In this document: one piece after another, positions 29,169-38,490 of the stretch
How positions within the stretch are numbered: position 1 is the first letter of the stretch
How the letters are laid out: the number at the start of each line of letters is the position of its first letter
Source of the DNA: Verrucomicrobiota bacterium
Lineage (GTDB): Bacteria > Verrucomicrobiota > Verrucomicrobiia > Opitutales > Seribacteraceae
Length of the DNA: 64,000 nt
Direction of reading: 5' to 3'
Assembly (NCBI GenBank): GCA_027622665.1
Contig: JAQBYT010000005.1
Span: 1-64,000, forward strand
Made by a program: the position numbers and the translations under genes
Notes under the pieces: generated by a model
Told to the model about the DNA's origin: nothing
Databases searched by the model: none
Seen by the model: only the letters and a program-made list of their open reading frames with translations

Positions 29169-30164
29169 TTAGCGGTTAAGTGTCTTGAGGCTGTCTTGAA
29201 CTATCTTTGCAGTGAGGGCATAGGTCGTTACTCTATCCACGCGGGCCATGTTTAAGCCCACGGCTTTGCCATTAATATCGAGAACGGGTCCACCCATTGC
29301 TTCCGGGGGTAAGGGTAGATCGTGCTGGATGATCATAGGGAAATTATCCTTCCTCCTCGATACAGGACCGCTCATCTGGAGGTTTCGGTTGAACATTTCG
29401 AAGGTGACCGAGCGGTGACCGAGGGTTACTTGGTAGGAAAAACTCCTATCATCTCGCATCACTTCTATCCGAACAACGTCGCCTGGGTCATGCGAACCCA
29501 CAAGCTCTATAACCTGTTCACGTCGCTTTACGCTTTGTCCATTCACTTTCGTTACCACATCCCCCTTTTTCAACCCCGCGGTTGCTCCTGCCGCCCGAGG
29601 TACCACTTCGGCGATGGCGACACCACCCGTAGCATTGCCATCGCGTCCTAGTATTACGCCGATTACTCCTCCTTCGCGCTCTATGGCTCGCGGGGTTCCG
29701 CTGTTGACCCCCACTTTTAAACCCTTCAGCTTCGGATCTGCCGAAATCATCCATCCACCTTCGGTTGGCAACTTTTCGCTCGACCATTGGACGGGCTCGA
29801 AGGACTTGTCTTTTGCCATGATCTGCAGAAGAGCAAGGTCTGTTTTCTCATCTCTGCGGCGTATCCTGACGGGGTATGCTTGACCATCCGCGAATACTGC
29901 CTCTCTTGCGCCTACGCAAGCACTTGCCTTGGTCAACAAGAGACCTTCCTTTGTCACTATTGTTCCGTGAGTGATGAGCTTGCCGTTGCGCATGAGTCGA
30001 ACCGTGGAGGCAAAGGCGGCTTGTTTGGTTTTGGCAAAAGCCTTGCGAGTGTTTGCTCCATTCAGCCGTTGAGAGGTCGAAAGATCTTCTGCATGAATGG
30101 TATTAACGAAGAGGCCGGCGGACAGCCCCAAAACAAGTTTACTCAGGAATATGCGGGAACTCAT
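29169..30164 (-). CDS. S1C/PDZ protein, probable pseudoprotease
   Basis: Trypsin-like fold motifs with LTKAS and AMGGP in place of the His and Ser motifs; PDZ domain. Confidence 0.8.
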   Translation of the reverse strand: MSSRIFLSKLVLGLSAGLFVNTIHAEDLSTSQRLNGANTRKAFAKTKQAAFASTVRLMRNGKLITHGTIVTKEGLLLTKASACVGAREAVFADGQAYPVRIRRRDEKTDLALLQIMAKDKSFEPVQWSSEKLPTEGGWMISADPKLKGLKVGVNSGTPRAIEREGGVIGVILGRDGNATGGVAIAEVVPRAAGATAGLKKGDVVTKVNGQSVKRREQVIELVGSHDPGDVVRIEVMRDDRSFSYQVTLGHRSVTFEMFNRNLQMSGPVSRRKDNFPMIIQHDLPLPPEAMGGPVLDINGKAVGLNMARVDRVTTYALTAKIVQDSLKTLNR

Positions 30165-31162
30165 TCGTCGCCTTCCTTCTCCTCAAAGTCGGGGCGTTTG
30201 CCAAGTTTCACTTTGGCGGTCATTTCTTTTTCGTCTCGAAGATAATCTATTATGACTGATTCGCCGGGACCGGTTGTGGCAATGGCGATCGTGAGTTCCT
30301 CTCGTGTGTCAATGACGTCTCCATTTACCTTCACGATTATATCACCTTCCCTCAGACGAGCTTTTTTTGCAGCTGAATCCTCGACGACTTCGATCACTTT
30401 TAGGCCTTTCTCGGTTTCTTTGCATCCTACACCTAAGAAACCACCTTCCTTTAGACTTCTTTGCGTCAACAGATCTTCTTCCCGAAAGGATTTCCAGTTT
30501 GCGTGAAAAGCCTCTATTGGAGCATGAAAATTTTGGTCGTCCTTCTTGGATATACGGCTGTGTATCCCGATTACCCGACCGTTGAAATCGAAGAGCGGTC
30601 CTCCCGAGTCACCTCCTAGAAGACGGCTATCCGTTTGAATAGTTTCGTCTTCTTTGGCGATAATTCGGCCAAGGCGAACTATGATTCCGCGTTCCTTGTC
30701 GAATCCACCGGGATGACCAAGAGCGAAACACCAATCCCCGATTTTAGAGGAACCTCGTTCGGCCATAGGGGCAACCGGCCAATCTCCTTCATCCGTGATT
30801 TCAGCCATACCAGCATCCGAAATTTCTGAACCACCCAATGTAATTGCATTGACTTGCTTTCCATCCGGCAGCCTCACTTTTACTCGCTTGCCCCTTTTCC
30901 CGATCACATGAGCGGCGGTTAGGATCATTCCATCTTCTGAGACGATTACACCACTGCCTGCGCCTCCACCGCTTTCTATGGCGACCACTGCTTTTTTAGC
31001 TTCGGGCAGGATTTTGCGAAGGCGTTCCTGAATGGCTAGCAGGTCTTCCTGGTTTTCGGGGAAAGGTTTTTCCCACGCTTTCAGTTCCTCGGCCTTTAGG
31101 CATAGGGACAATGCGGCCAAGGGTATGACTGCTAGAAAAGTGATCTGCCAATAATTCGACAC
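30161..31162 (-). CDS. Trypsin-like S1C serine protease with PDZ
   Basis: GSGV, LTAAH, DAG, GGDSGGP; C-terminal PDZ. Confidence 0.92.
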   Translation of the reverse strand: MSNYWQITFLAVIPLAALSLCLKAEELKAWEKPFPENQEDLLAIQERLRKILPEAKKAVVAIESGGGAGSGVIVSEDGMILTAAHVIGKRGKRVKVRLPDGKQVNAITLGGSEISDAGMAEITDEGDWPVAPMAERGSSKIGDWCFALGHPGGFDKERGIIVRLGRIIAKEDETIQTDSRLLGGDSGGPLFDFNGRVIGIHSRISKKDDQNFHAPIEAFHANWKSFREEDLLTQRSLKEGGFLGVGCKETEKGLKVIEVVEDSAAKKARLREGDIIVKVNGDVIDTREELTIAIATTGPGESVIIDYLRDEKEMTAKVKLGKRPDFEEKEGDE

Positions 31163-31266
31163 TGTTAATTAATTATGCCCCTGATTGAATATGTCGCAAA
31201 TGGTTTCAGCAAAAAACTCGAAATAAATCGTCCATGTTGCAGCCTAATGGATAGCCATTCCGTATG

Positions 31267-31908
31267 CTATCTTTCACAAGACAGCTCATTGCCGGTCATT
31301 CGAAAAACGACGTCTGCCAATTTTTCAACTTCTCGTTTGTTGTGAGTGATGTGCAGAACGGTTACCCCCGTCCCTTTTGCCGTTTGCACCAGCAATTCGT
31401 AAATTTCATCATGGGTCTCATCGTCGAGTGCGCTCAGTGGCTCATCTAGGCATAGGTATCTGGGACGAATGGAAAGAGCTCTTCCCAGTGCAACTCTCTG
31501 GCGTTCCCCTCCGCTTAAGGCATCGGGCATGCGATCCAGTAGATGAGAAACTCCCAGCCTTTCGGCCAGTTCCTCGACTCGCTCCTTAATTTGCTTTGGT
31601 TCGGCTTTTCGCAGAACAAGAGCAAACGCCAATTGCCTAGCCACGCTAAGATGCGGAAATAGCGCCCCGTCCTGCGGTACGTAACCTACGCCGCGTTCTC
31701 CGGGTTTGAGGTTCGTCACGTCTTTTGTCCCTAGCAGGATTTTACCACTGGTAATCGGTCTAAGGCCGCACACGGCTTCGAGAAGGGTTGTCTTTCCGCA
31801 ACCGCTTCTACCCACGAGAATCCCGTATGCTCCTTCCGGCAATTTGAAAGAAATGTCGGAAAGAGAGAATTCTCCCTGTCGAACATGTAGATTTTCTACT
31901 GATATCAT
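31267..31908 (-). CDS. modC: Molybdate/tungstate-type ABC transporter ATP-binding protein
   Basis: GRSGCGKT, VPQD..LFPHL, LSGGE, LDEP; follows modB-like gene. Confidence 0.8.
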   Translation of the reverse strand: MISVENLHVRQGEFSLSDISFKLPEGAYGILVGRSGCGKTTLLEAVCGLRPITSGKILLGTKDVTNLKPGERGVGYVPQDGALFPHLSVARQLAFALVLRKAEPKQIKERVEELAERLGVSHLLDRMPDALSGGERQRVALGRALSIRPRYLCLDEPLSALDDETHDEIYELLVQTAKGTGVTVLHITHNKREVEKLADVVFRMTGNELSCER

Positions 31909-32735
31909 GGTTCCAAGCGTTTCATGCCCATGAGGCGGGAGGTAACCAGCACTGCGGCAGCCGCAAATATCATAATTAGAGAAATCGCCAACATGCCTTT
32001 TAGATTTCCCGCTTGCATCTCGAGATAGACTGAGGTTGGAAGGACTTCAGTTCTCATGCGGGTGGATCCGGCAAATACTAAAATAGGGCCGAACTCGCCT
32101 AGCGATCTCGCCCAAGCAAGGGTGCCCGCCGCCAGAATCCCTCTTTTCGCCTGAGGCATGACGACGAGCCAAAAGGCTTTGCCTCGGTTGCAGCCCAAGG
32201 TAAGAGCCACTTTTTCATAACGGGTCGGTATCTGGTCGAATGAGATGCGCATGGCTCTTGCGGCAAAGGCGCATGCAACCATGAATTGAGCTAGAATGAC
32301 TGCAGGGATTTCGAATACGACCCATTGGCTAGTCCACGAAAAAGGTGCAAAATTAAATAGTGCCAACAGAGATATGCCAATGACCAGAGGAGGCAATACG
32401 ATCGGAATGTCCAAAACCGTATCAAGCAAGCGTTTTCCCGGGAAGTCGAAGCGGGAGGTTAGGTAGCCTAGCGGAACCGCGACCCATAGGGACAGTAACG
32501 TAGAGAGAGAGCAAGAAAGTAGGCTAAGCCCAATGGAATATTGAATTTCTTTGCTTCGCAGGGCAGACAACATCGACTCGGCGTCCACGTAGGCAAGGTC
32601 TGCCGCAATCATGGCGACGATGATCACTACATAGGTTCCGCTTAGGATTGAGAGCCCGACAATGAATGGTACGTCCGACCCCGGTCGAAAGCCGGGTGAG
32701 TCTGTAACGACATTGCCGTTAGTCGATTGCATCAT
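31905..32735 (-). CDS. modB: Molybdate-type ABC transporter permease
   Basis: DIPIVLPPLVIG, WARSLGEFG. Confidence 0.85.
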   Translation of the reverse strand: MMQSTNGNVVTDSPGFRPGSDVPFIVGLSILSGTYVVIIVAMIAADLAYVDAESMLSALRSKEIQYSIGLSLLSCSLSTLLSLWVAVPLGYLTSRFDFPGKRLLDTVLDIPIVLPPLVIGISLLALFNFAPFSWTSQWVVFEIPAVILAQFMVACAFAARAMRISFDQIPTRYEKVALTLGCNRGKAFWLVVMPQAKRGILAAGTLAWARSLGEFGPILVFAGSTRMRTEVLPTSVYLEMQAGNLKGMLAISLIMIFAAAAVLVTSRLMGMKRLEP

Positions 32736-32750
32736 CGAAAAGTTTCGACT

Positions 32751-34331
32751 TTAGTTTACTTTTGCATCCTCCGCTTTCCAGCGGAAGCCGGCATTCAGAA
32801 AACGCGCTTTGGAGTCAAGGGAAGTTATGGCCTCGACTAGCCGTCCAGTCATATGGGGGAACGCACTGTTATCGTAAACGGCAATGTTTTGCGTTGCTCG
32901 GGCGATAGGGTCATTGATGGCAATCGTCTCGAATTGGCCTTTGCTTAGGTTTTGGCAATTCGCCAGGTATACGAGGGCGATGTCCAGTTTGGGATGACCT
33001 TCCATTTGCAAAATTAATTCATGGGCCGTGGGAGTGGTTACTTCCCATGTTCCGTTTGCCTTGATTTTCTCGTTTACACCAGCCTTTGCAAGGAGCTGCC
33101 AGGTGAGGTCTCCCAGCGTGGAGATTTTTTGATCCGTGGTGCCTAGAGATAAATCTTGCCGACCGAGGTCTTCGAGAGTCCGTAAGTTCTTTGGGTTCCC
33201 TTTGCGGACAAGCATTACGATGTCCGTGCTTGAGACGTCGCGAGCACCGCTGAATAGCGAATCGACCTTCCCCATATAGGAGGCATCGCATGTGAGAAAG
33301 GCATCGGGCATGGCTGTCTTCGCTTTGCTCATGTCAATGGCTTTGATGTTGGCGACGAGCGAGCCACAGCCGGCAAATTGCTCGATGATCGCACAGCCTT
33401 CTCTCTTCTCAAAATCCCTCAAGGTTTGAGTAACTGCTTCTCGATTAACTCCGCCGCAATAAATGATTAGTTCGGGCTTCTCTTTCCATTTATCTCCTGC
33501 GACTCCCATGAAGTGATGTTTTGCGAAGTGCATTTGACCCTTCGATGGCGCAGCGAGATATCGAGCGAAAAAAAGAGCTTGTCTGGCTTTTTGCGAAGAA
33601 GATGAAACATTTGCCGTTATGCGGGAGCTAACGTTAGCCAATTCGGGAAGGTTGTGTATCTTGAGGCCGAATTGTTTTGCGGTGGTGTTCCAAAGAAAGC
33701 CGGCTTGCACGATATCTGAGGCGACGACCGCGGCCGCCGCATCGGTCACGCGAGGTGAAGCGGTTTTCTTTGCTGCGTCGAACATTTCCCACTTGCCGAG
33801 CTTTTCAAGAGTGGCCTTGGTTGTTTTTCCGACACCGGCAGCTTCATTGCAAAGAACAAAGGGCACTTCCAGCGCGAGGAATTCATCCAATGACGAAAAG
33901 GCTAAATTTTCTTTTGGGGATGAGGCTATAACGAGATTGAAAGAGGCCAACTGAATGGATTCGGCCGTGAGCCCTTTTTCTCGAGCTCGGTTGGCGAAAG
34001 ATAGATCGGCGGGGATATAAAGGTCAGCTCGGGATTTGTTGCTGTCCCGGTCAAGTTGCAATTTGCCCTCAAGCGCACCACTTGAATCGTAGTCGAGTGT
34101 TATCTTTACTCCGAATTCTTTCTGAAAAGCGATAGCTGCTGCTTCCACGGGCTTCCGTATTCCTGCCGCGCAATAGACGATCAAGTCTTCGGGCGAGGTT
34201 TCCACTTCGGGAAACTTGTGCCATACCGCGATCATCGAGGCTAGAACGAAAATGGATACGAGCGACAAAGTGACCCCGCCATACCATGGCGTTCGCCAAC
34301 GCTTGTCTTTGTCCGGATTGAAAGGATTCAC
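32751..34331 (-). CDS. modA: Molybdate-type substrate-binding protein with two tandem ModA-like domains
   Basis: LIVYCAAG..YDSSGAL (domain 1) and LIIYCGG..FAGCGSL (domain 2); N-terminal TM. Confidence 0.8.
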   Translation of the reverse strand: MNPFNPDKDKRWRTPWYGGVTLSLVSIFVLASMIAVWHKFPEVETSPEDLIVYCAAGIRKPVEAAAIAFQKEFGVKITLDYDSSGALEGKLQLDRDSNKSRADLYIPADLSFANRAREKGLTAESIQLASFNLVIASSPKENLAFSSLDEFLALEVPFVLCNEAAGVGKTTKATLEKLGKWEMFDAAKKTASPRVTDAAAAVVASDIVQAGFLWNTTAKQFGLKIHNLPELANVSSRITANVSSSSQKARQALFFARYLAAPSKGQMHFAKHHFMGVAGDKWKEKPELIIYCGGVNREAVTQTLRDFEKREGCAIIEQFAGCGSLVANIKAIDMSKAKTAMPDAFLTCDASYMGKVDSLFSGARDVSSTDIVMLVRKGNPKNLRTLEDLGRQDLSLGTTDQKISTLGDLTWQLLAKAGVNEKIKANGTWEVTTPTAHELILQMEGHPKLDIALVYLANCQNLSKGQFETIAINDPIARATQNIAVYDNSAFPHMTGRLVEAITSLDSKARFLNAGFRWKAEDAKVN

Positions 34332-34389
34332 AAGCTCCTTAATCTAAGGGATTGATCGGTTGTCCATCAATTGAAAAAGGGTGGATTTC

Positions 34390-35121
34390 CTAACTGCATA
34401 CGAGGCAGTCGACCCTGCGTGTCACATCGATTTTTCGTATATTGAACCGGTTGGCATCGATAAGCATCATCTTTCCTTGGCTGGTCGATCCAAAACCCGC
34501 GATCAGCTTTAGGCCCTCCATCACTCCGATGTTTGCGACGAGAGCGGAAACTGCTCCGAACACGGGAAATTGACGTTTCCAGTGGGGTGGCGTTTCAGGG
34601 AACAGGCAGGCCAGGCACGGGGTTTCACCCGGCACGATGGGCATGACATGCCCTTCGAGGCTGTACATTGCGCAATCGACCATAGTTTTGTTTTGTCGTA
34701 CGCACTCCCGGTTCATCAGGAATCGCTCTTCGAAAAGCGGTGCGCTGGCGAAGACGACGTCGGCTCTACTTACAAGCGCCGCCGCATTGGTTTCGCTGAA
34801 ATTTTCGTTATGAATCTCCACCTCCACTTTTGGATTAAAGGCGGCAAGGGTTTTGGCGGCACTTTCTACGCGTGGTTTCCCCAGCCCTTTCCATTGCATG
34901 AGGATTTGTCGATTCAGGTCATCCTTTCGCAGGTTGCCAGCGTGAACCAATATGAGTTTGCCGATGCCGGCTGCTGCTAAGGCGAAGGCGATGGGGCCTC
35001 CAATGCCCCCGACTCGGGATACGAGGGCAGTTGTGTTTCGAAGCTTCTCTTGGCCTTGTTCGCCGAACCCGGGCACATCCAGTTGCCATTCGTAAATGGC
35101 GCGATCTTCTTCAGTCAGCAT
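34390..35121 (-). CDS. HesA/MoeB/ThiF family E1-like adenylyltransferase, HesA-like
   Basis: VGGIGG, DDLNRQ, two CxxC Zn motifs (CLAC, CLVC); no rhodanese domain. Confidence 0.9.
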   Translation of the reverse strand: MLTEEDRAIYEWQLDVPGFGEQGQEKLRNTTALVSRVGGIGGPIAFALAAAGIGKLILVHAGNLRKDDLNRQILMQWKGLGKPRVESAAKTLAAFNPKVEVEIHNENFSETNAAALVSRADVVFASAPLFEERFLMNRECVRQNKTMVDCAMYSLEGHVMPIVPGETPCLACLFPETPPHWKRQFPVFGAVSALVANIGVMEGLKLIAGFGSTSQGKMMLIDANRFNIRKIDVTRRVDCLVCS

Positions 35122-35193
35122 GGAGGTAGTCTAATTTCGGCAAAGAAGGGGGGAAGGCAAAAGGAAAGGAAGTTTGATTTTTGTCCTTAGATC

Positions 35194-35979
35194 CTAATTT
35201 TTTTCGTAAGTTGTCCAAGTTCCTTTTGCATAGTCCCAAAACTGCCGTGCGTTTTCTCTTTCCTTGTAGTAAAGCCATTCCGATGTGGAGTGACGGTAGA
35301 AAAATGGGTAAAGTGAGCTGCCCGTGTAAAGCCAACCAAGTTGCCCGTCCCACATCCATAGAGCCGATTCGTCGGCACCCGAAACGAATAGCCATCCGTG
35401 CTTGAGATGATAAGCCCATCCATCTCCATTGTCATAGAAATCTCCGAACCATTGTGAACTTTTAAATCCCGCGGCGAAGGTGTCCGTGGTGAGGTGGGAC
35501 CATGGGGAAGCGGCTTTAGCTTCTTCAATTTGCAGCATCAATGTGTAAGCCGAAGTCGACGGCCCTTCGCGATTTGGCCAACGGTACCCTGTGATTTGAA
35601 TTTGATATTCACCTGCCGAGGGAAGGGTTCCGGAGATGCTGGGGTTTGCGATGTCACCGTTGAAAGTTAAGCCGTCCGGCAAACCTTGGATAAGATAGCT
35701 TTGAGCTTGGTGCCGTAGAGTGTAAAATTCAAAGGAGTAGGAGTCCCCCGCCGAACCTGAAGCAGGGTTTTCGCTATTTGCTTTTACATAGGTAGTGGCT
35801 CCCGTTAGCGCGTGTGGCAGAGTTGTGGCCGCTGCTGCGGGCAAGAGAGCCCGAAGTGTTTTAACATGTGCGGCAATCGGAGCGAAAAAGGTCGAAAGGT
35901 GTTTACCGAATGGCAAGATCGGCAAGCGTTGAAGAAGCATGGCCAATGTCATGCATAGGATTTTTGCCCTACTTTTCAT
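35194..35979 (-). CDS. Exported Ig-like protein with Trp-rich C-terminal domain
   Basis: Long leader ending HALTGAT; GLPDGL..ISGT..GEY putative-Ig motif; WFG..GWAYH..HGWL tail. Confidence 0.75.
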   Translation of the reverse strand: MKSRAKILCMTLAMLLQRLPILPFGKHLSTFFAPIAAHVKTLRALLPAAAATTLPHALTGATTYVKANSENPASGSAGDSYSFEFYTLRHQAQSYLIQGLPDGLTFNGDIANPSISGTLPSAGEYQIQITGYRWPNREGPSTSAYTLMLQIEEAKAASPWSHLTTDTFAAGFKSSQWFGDFYDNGDGWAYHLKHGWLFVSGADESALWMWDGQLGWLYTGSSLYPFFYRHSTSEWLYYKERENARQFWDYAKGTWTTYEKN

Positions 35980-35981
35980 CT

Positions 35982-36233
35982 TTAGTTGCATCCGCAGCCA
36001 CCACCTCCTGCTCCGCGACCTCCTCGGGAGGCTTCCCGGCTGTAGAAGGCGTGATCATTCATCTTAACCGCCAATTTGTCTCGATCCGGTCGCATGAGGT
36101 AGTCGGCGAGGTATCCCCTTTGCAGGACGCTCACAGTGGGCTTGGGCGAGCAACCACCAAAGGTAATGGCCGTTAAGACGAATAGCAAAAGCCGCCAAGA
36201 TTTCTTAATTCCTTGTGTCGTGCAGGTATTCAT
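35982..36233 (-). CDS. DUF4266 lipoprotein
   Basis: Lipobox FGGC; terminal REASRGGRGAGGGGCGCN. Confidence 0.88.
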   Translation of the reverse strand: MNTCTTQGIKKSWRLLLFVLTAITFGGCSPKPTVSVLQRGYLADYLMRPDRDKLAVKMNDHAFYSREASRGGRGAGGGGCGCN

Positions 36234-37176
36234 AAATGCCTTTTGTCCATTCAACGCCGTTTCGGTTTTGTATGCAACCTTCCGCTCCGAAAAACCTATC
36301 GATTCTAGCAAGCCCTCGATCCGTTCCATCAAGCAAGGCGCAGGTCGACAGAACACCTGCTTCCAGACAGGAGCGTGAGATGACGGTTGCCGACAGACAG
36401 TTGTTGCTCGTTGGGAAACCTGTGCGATGATCGATCAAGTGGCCGTACCTTTTGCCGTTCTTTTCGAAAAACCTTCGATAGTTCCCCGATGTCGCGACAG
36501 CCATGCCGGAAACCGAAAAAATCCGTTTTGCTTGGCCTTGCTTTCCAGGATCTTCAAGACCGACTCGCCATGCAGTCGCGTCGGGGGGAGAACCTTCGGC
36601 AAAAACATCGCCTCCAAAGTCGATGAGAAAATCTTCCAGCCCGTGCTCGCGGGCCAACTCGGTTACTCGGTCAACGGCATATTCTTTGCCAAAGCCTCCG
36701 AAATCTAGTCCCATCCCTGTTTCGGGCAGGAAGATGGAGTGGTTCTCTCGATGAACTTTCTTCCATCCGATTTTTGAAAGCGCCTCGCTGATTGCTGATT
36801 TGGAGGGGATCTGCGGATTCTCGGCTTTAAAATCCCAAAGGCGGGAAAGGGGAAGGGTGGTGGGATCAAAGAGCCCTTCCGTCAAAAAATGGAGGGTTTC
36901 GCACAGGTCGAAAAGGTGAATGTCTACCTCGTCGATTACAACGGGGTTCCGACCGGCGGCATCATTGATCCGGCATATTAGGCTGTCGTCCCTGAATCGG
37001 GAATAACGGGCCTCAAAACGGTGCACCCAATCGAGGGCGTTTTTTCGAAAGATATCGGCAGCGACCATCGAATTCGCCGTAAAGAGTATTTTGCAATGGG
37101 TGCCCATGGCAGGAAACTGCAGACGAAAGAGACCGTCAGCCAAGACTTCAGGAGGAATTTTAGATGAAGAGTGCAT
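36205..37176 (-). CDS. apbE: FAD:protein FMN transferase
   Basis: AMGT, FDPT, DFGGFGKEYAVD, ATSGNY, HLIDHRTG. Confidence 0.95.
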   Translation of the reverse strand: MHSSSKIPPEVLADGLFRLQFPAMGTHCKILFTANSMVAADIFRKNALDWVHRFEARYSRFRDDSLICRINDAAGRNPVVIDEVDIHLFDLCETLHFLTEGLFDPTTLPLSRLWDFKAENPQIPSKSAISEALSKIGWKKVHRENHSIFLPETGMGLDFGGFGKEYAVDRVTELAREHGLEDFLIDFGGDVFAEGSPPDATAWRVGLEDPGKQGQAKRIFSVSGMAVATSGNYRRFFEKNGKRYGHLIDHRTGFPTSNNCLSATVISRSCLEAGVLSTCALLDGTDRGLARIDRFFGAEGCIQNRNGVEWTKGIYEYLHDTRN

Positions 37177-37178
37177 CC

Positions 37179-38336
37179 TCAGAACTCCCATTGCAGGCCA
37201 ACGGTATAAATATCCGCGTCCGGATACATAAGGGGTGAGGTTACTCCGTCACGGCCTTTCATGTCGTACCTCTCGTAGGCCAAGTCTAGGTTGATGTTGT
37301 CACCTTTGAACATCGTCAGCTTCAGGCCGTAGGCGAGACTCTCCATTTTGGAAATCCGATAGTCTGCCGAATAATGGGGCCCCAACCCCGTGGGAGGAGC
37401 TCCGGAATTTATTTGGGATTCGTCCAAGATCGTGACGTAATAATCAGCCGCTGACTGATTATAGTATCTCAGCAAGGGTCGGACGACAAGATTTTCGCCA
37501 AAGCGCTGGAACCACTGTACTTCGAAGGTGTTGCCTCGAATACCGGAATCGTCGGCAAAGAATCGGTAACTGCCTTGGAGGCTAGAACGCAAGGACTCAA
37601 TGTAGCGAGTTCCCTCGACAAAGACGACGTATGCATTGCGGGCATCTGGGCGGTTTTCAGGTGTTTGCCGAAGAATTTTGGTGCCATGCACCGTTGCGTG
37701 GTAGGCAACGTTTTTGTACGGATCGCTCAAATAACCTGACGGGCGAGAATACGAAAGGTTCACCGCCAACGTAGTCTTGGGGTCGAGGACACGATGGGCA
37801 CCCAAGATGACCTCGGGGGTTCGCTTGGTTTGCTCGTCGAATCCCGGGTATCCTATCATTTGCGTATCCACGGTGTCGTCGAGGTAGGAAATCCCGGCGC
37901 TTAGAGTGAGAGTTTCTTCCGCATATTGACGAGCCAGTCGAACGGCATAACTACGCGAAAGGTAATCGGGTTCATGACTGAGTCCGAACTCGAATGATAA
38001 GTCGTATTCATCGGTTTCTTTCGAAAGGGTGACCACTCCGGCCCGTCTTGTCTCTTCGATCGGGTGGGAAAGCCAGTCGGATTCAGTGGGCGGCAAGCCT
38101 ATGGGAGTGGCCCCCGACCACGTATCCACAATGCCCACGACATCAAGGCTCCATTCTTCCGTGAGGGCTGTTTCCGCTTCGGCGTACCATGAGCGAACGT
38201 GAATCCTATCCCCTTCCTCGACCCATTCGCGATACTTGGCTCGCAATGCCTTTTCGGCGGTGCTCTTCCGGGTGACCAGTACGAGCAACGCGGCGACCGC
38301 CAAGAAGCGAATAGCTCTAATTGCGCTCGTCTTCAT
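37179..38336 (-). CDS. DUF3570 outer-membrane beta-barrel protein
   Basis: Signal peptide, DTWSGAT, EPDYLS, GYLSDPY, ENRPD, SADYR, terminal Phe; adjacent to apbE and DUF4266. Confidence 0.88.
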   Translation of the reverse strand: MKTSAIRAIRFLAVAALLVLVTRKSTAEKALRAKYREWVEEGDRIHVRSWYAEAETALTEEWSLDVVGIVDTWSGATPIGLPPTESDWLSHPIEETRRAGVVTLSKETDEYDLSFEFGLSHEPDYLSRSYAVRLARQYAEETLTLSAGISYLDDTVDTQMIGYPGFDEQTKRTPEVILGAHRVLDPKTTLAVNLSYSRPSGYLSDPYKNVAYHATVHGTKILRQTPENRPDARNAYVVFVEGTRYIESLRSSLQGSYRFFADDSGIRGNTFEVQWFQRFGENLVVRPLLRYYNQSAADYYVTILDESQINSGAPPTGLGPHYSADYRISKMESLAYGLKLTMFKGDNINLDLAYERYDMKGRDGVTSPLMYPDADIYTVGLQWEF

Positions 38337-38490
38337 TCGGGGAGAGCCTTGCGAAAGGGTGAGGTTCGGTCAAGCTCTGCAAGTCCGTATTGCTATCGGA
38401 TTGTCTGGACTTGTTTCTTTCCCTCAGTTGTCCTGCAATCCTATCTTGCCGAAATTCGGCTTACTCGCGAGGAATCGTTTACTTGATTAT

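Noticed and set aside
38236..38490. N-terminal extension of the response regulator in the ORF track
   Set aside because: Overlaps the DUF3570 gene; the receiver domain starts at ATG 38491
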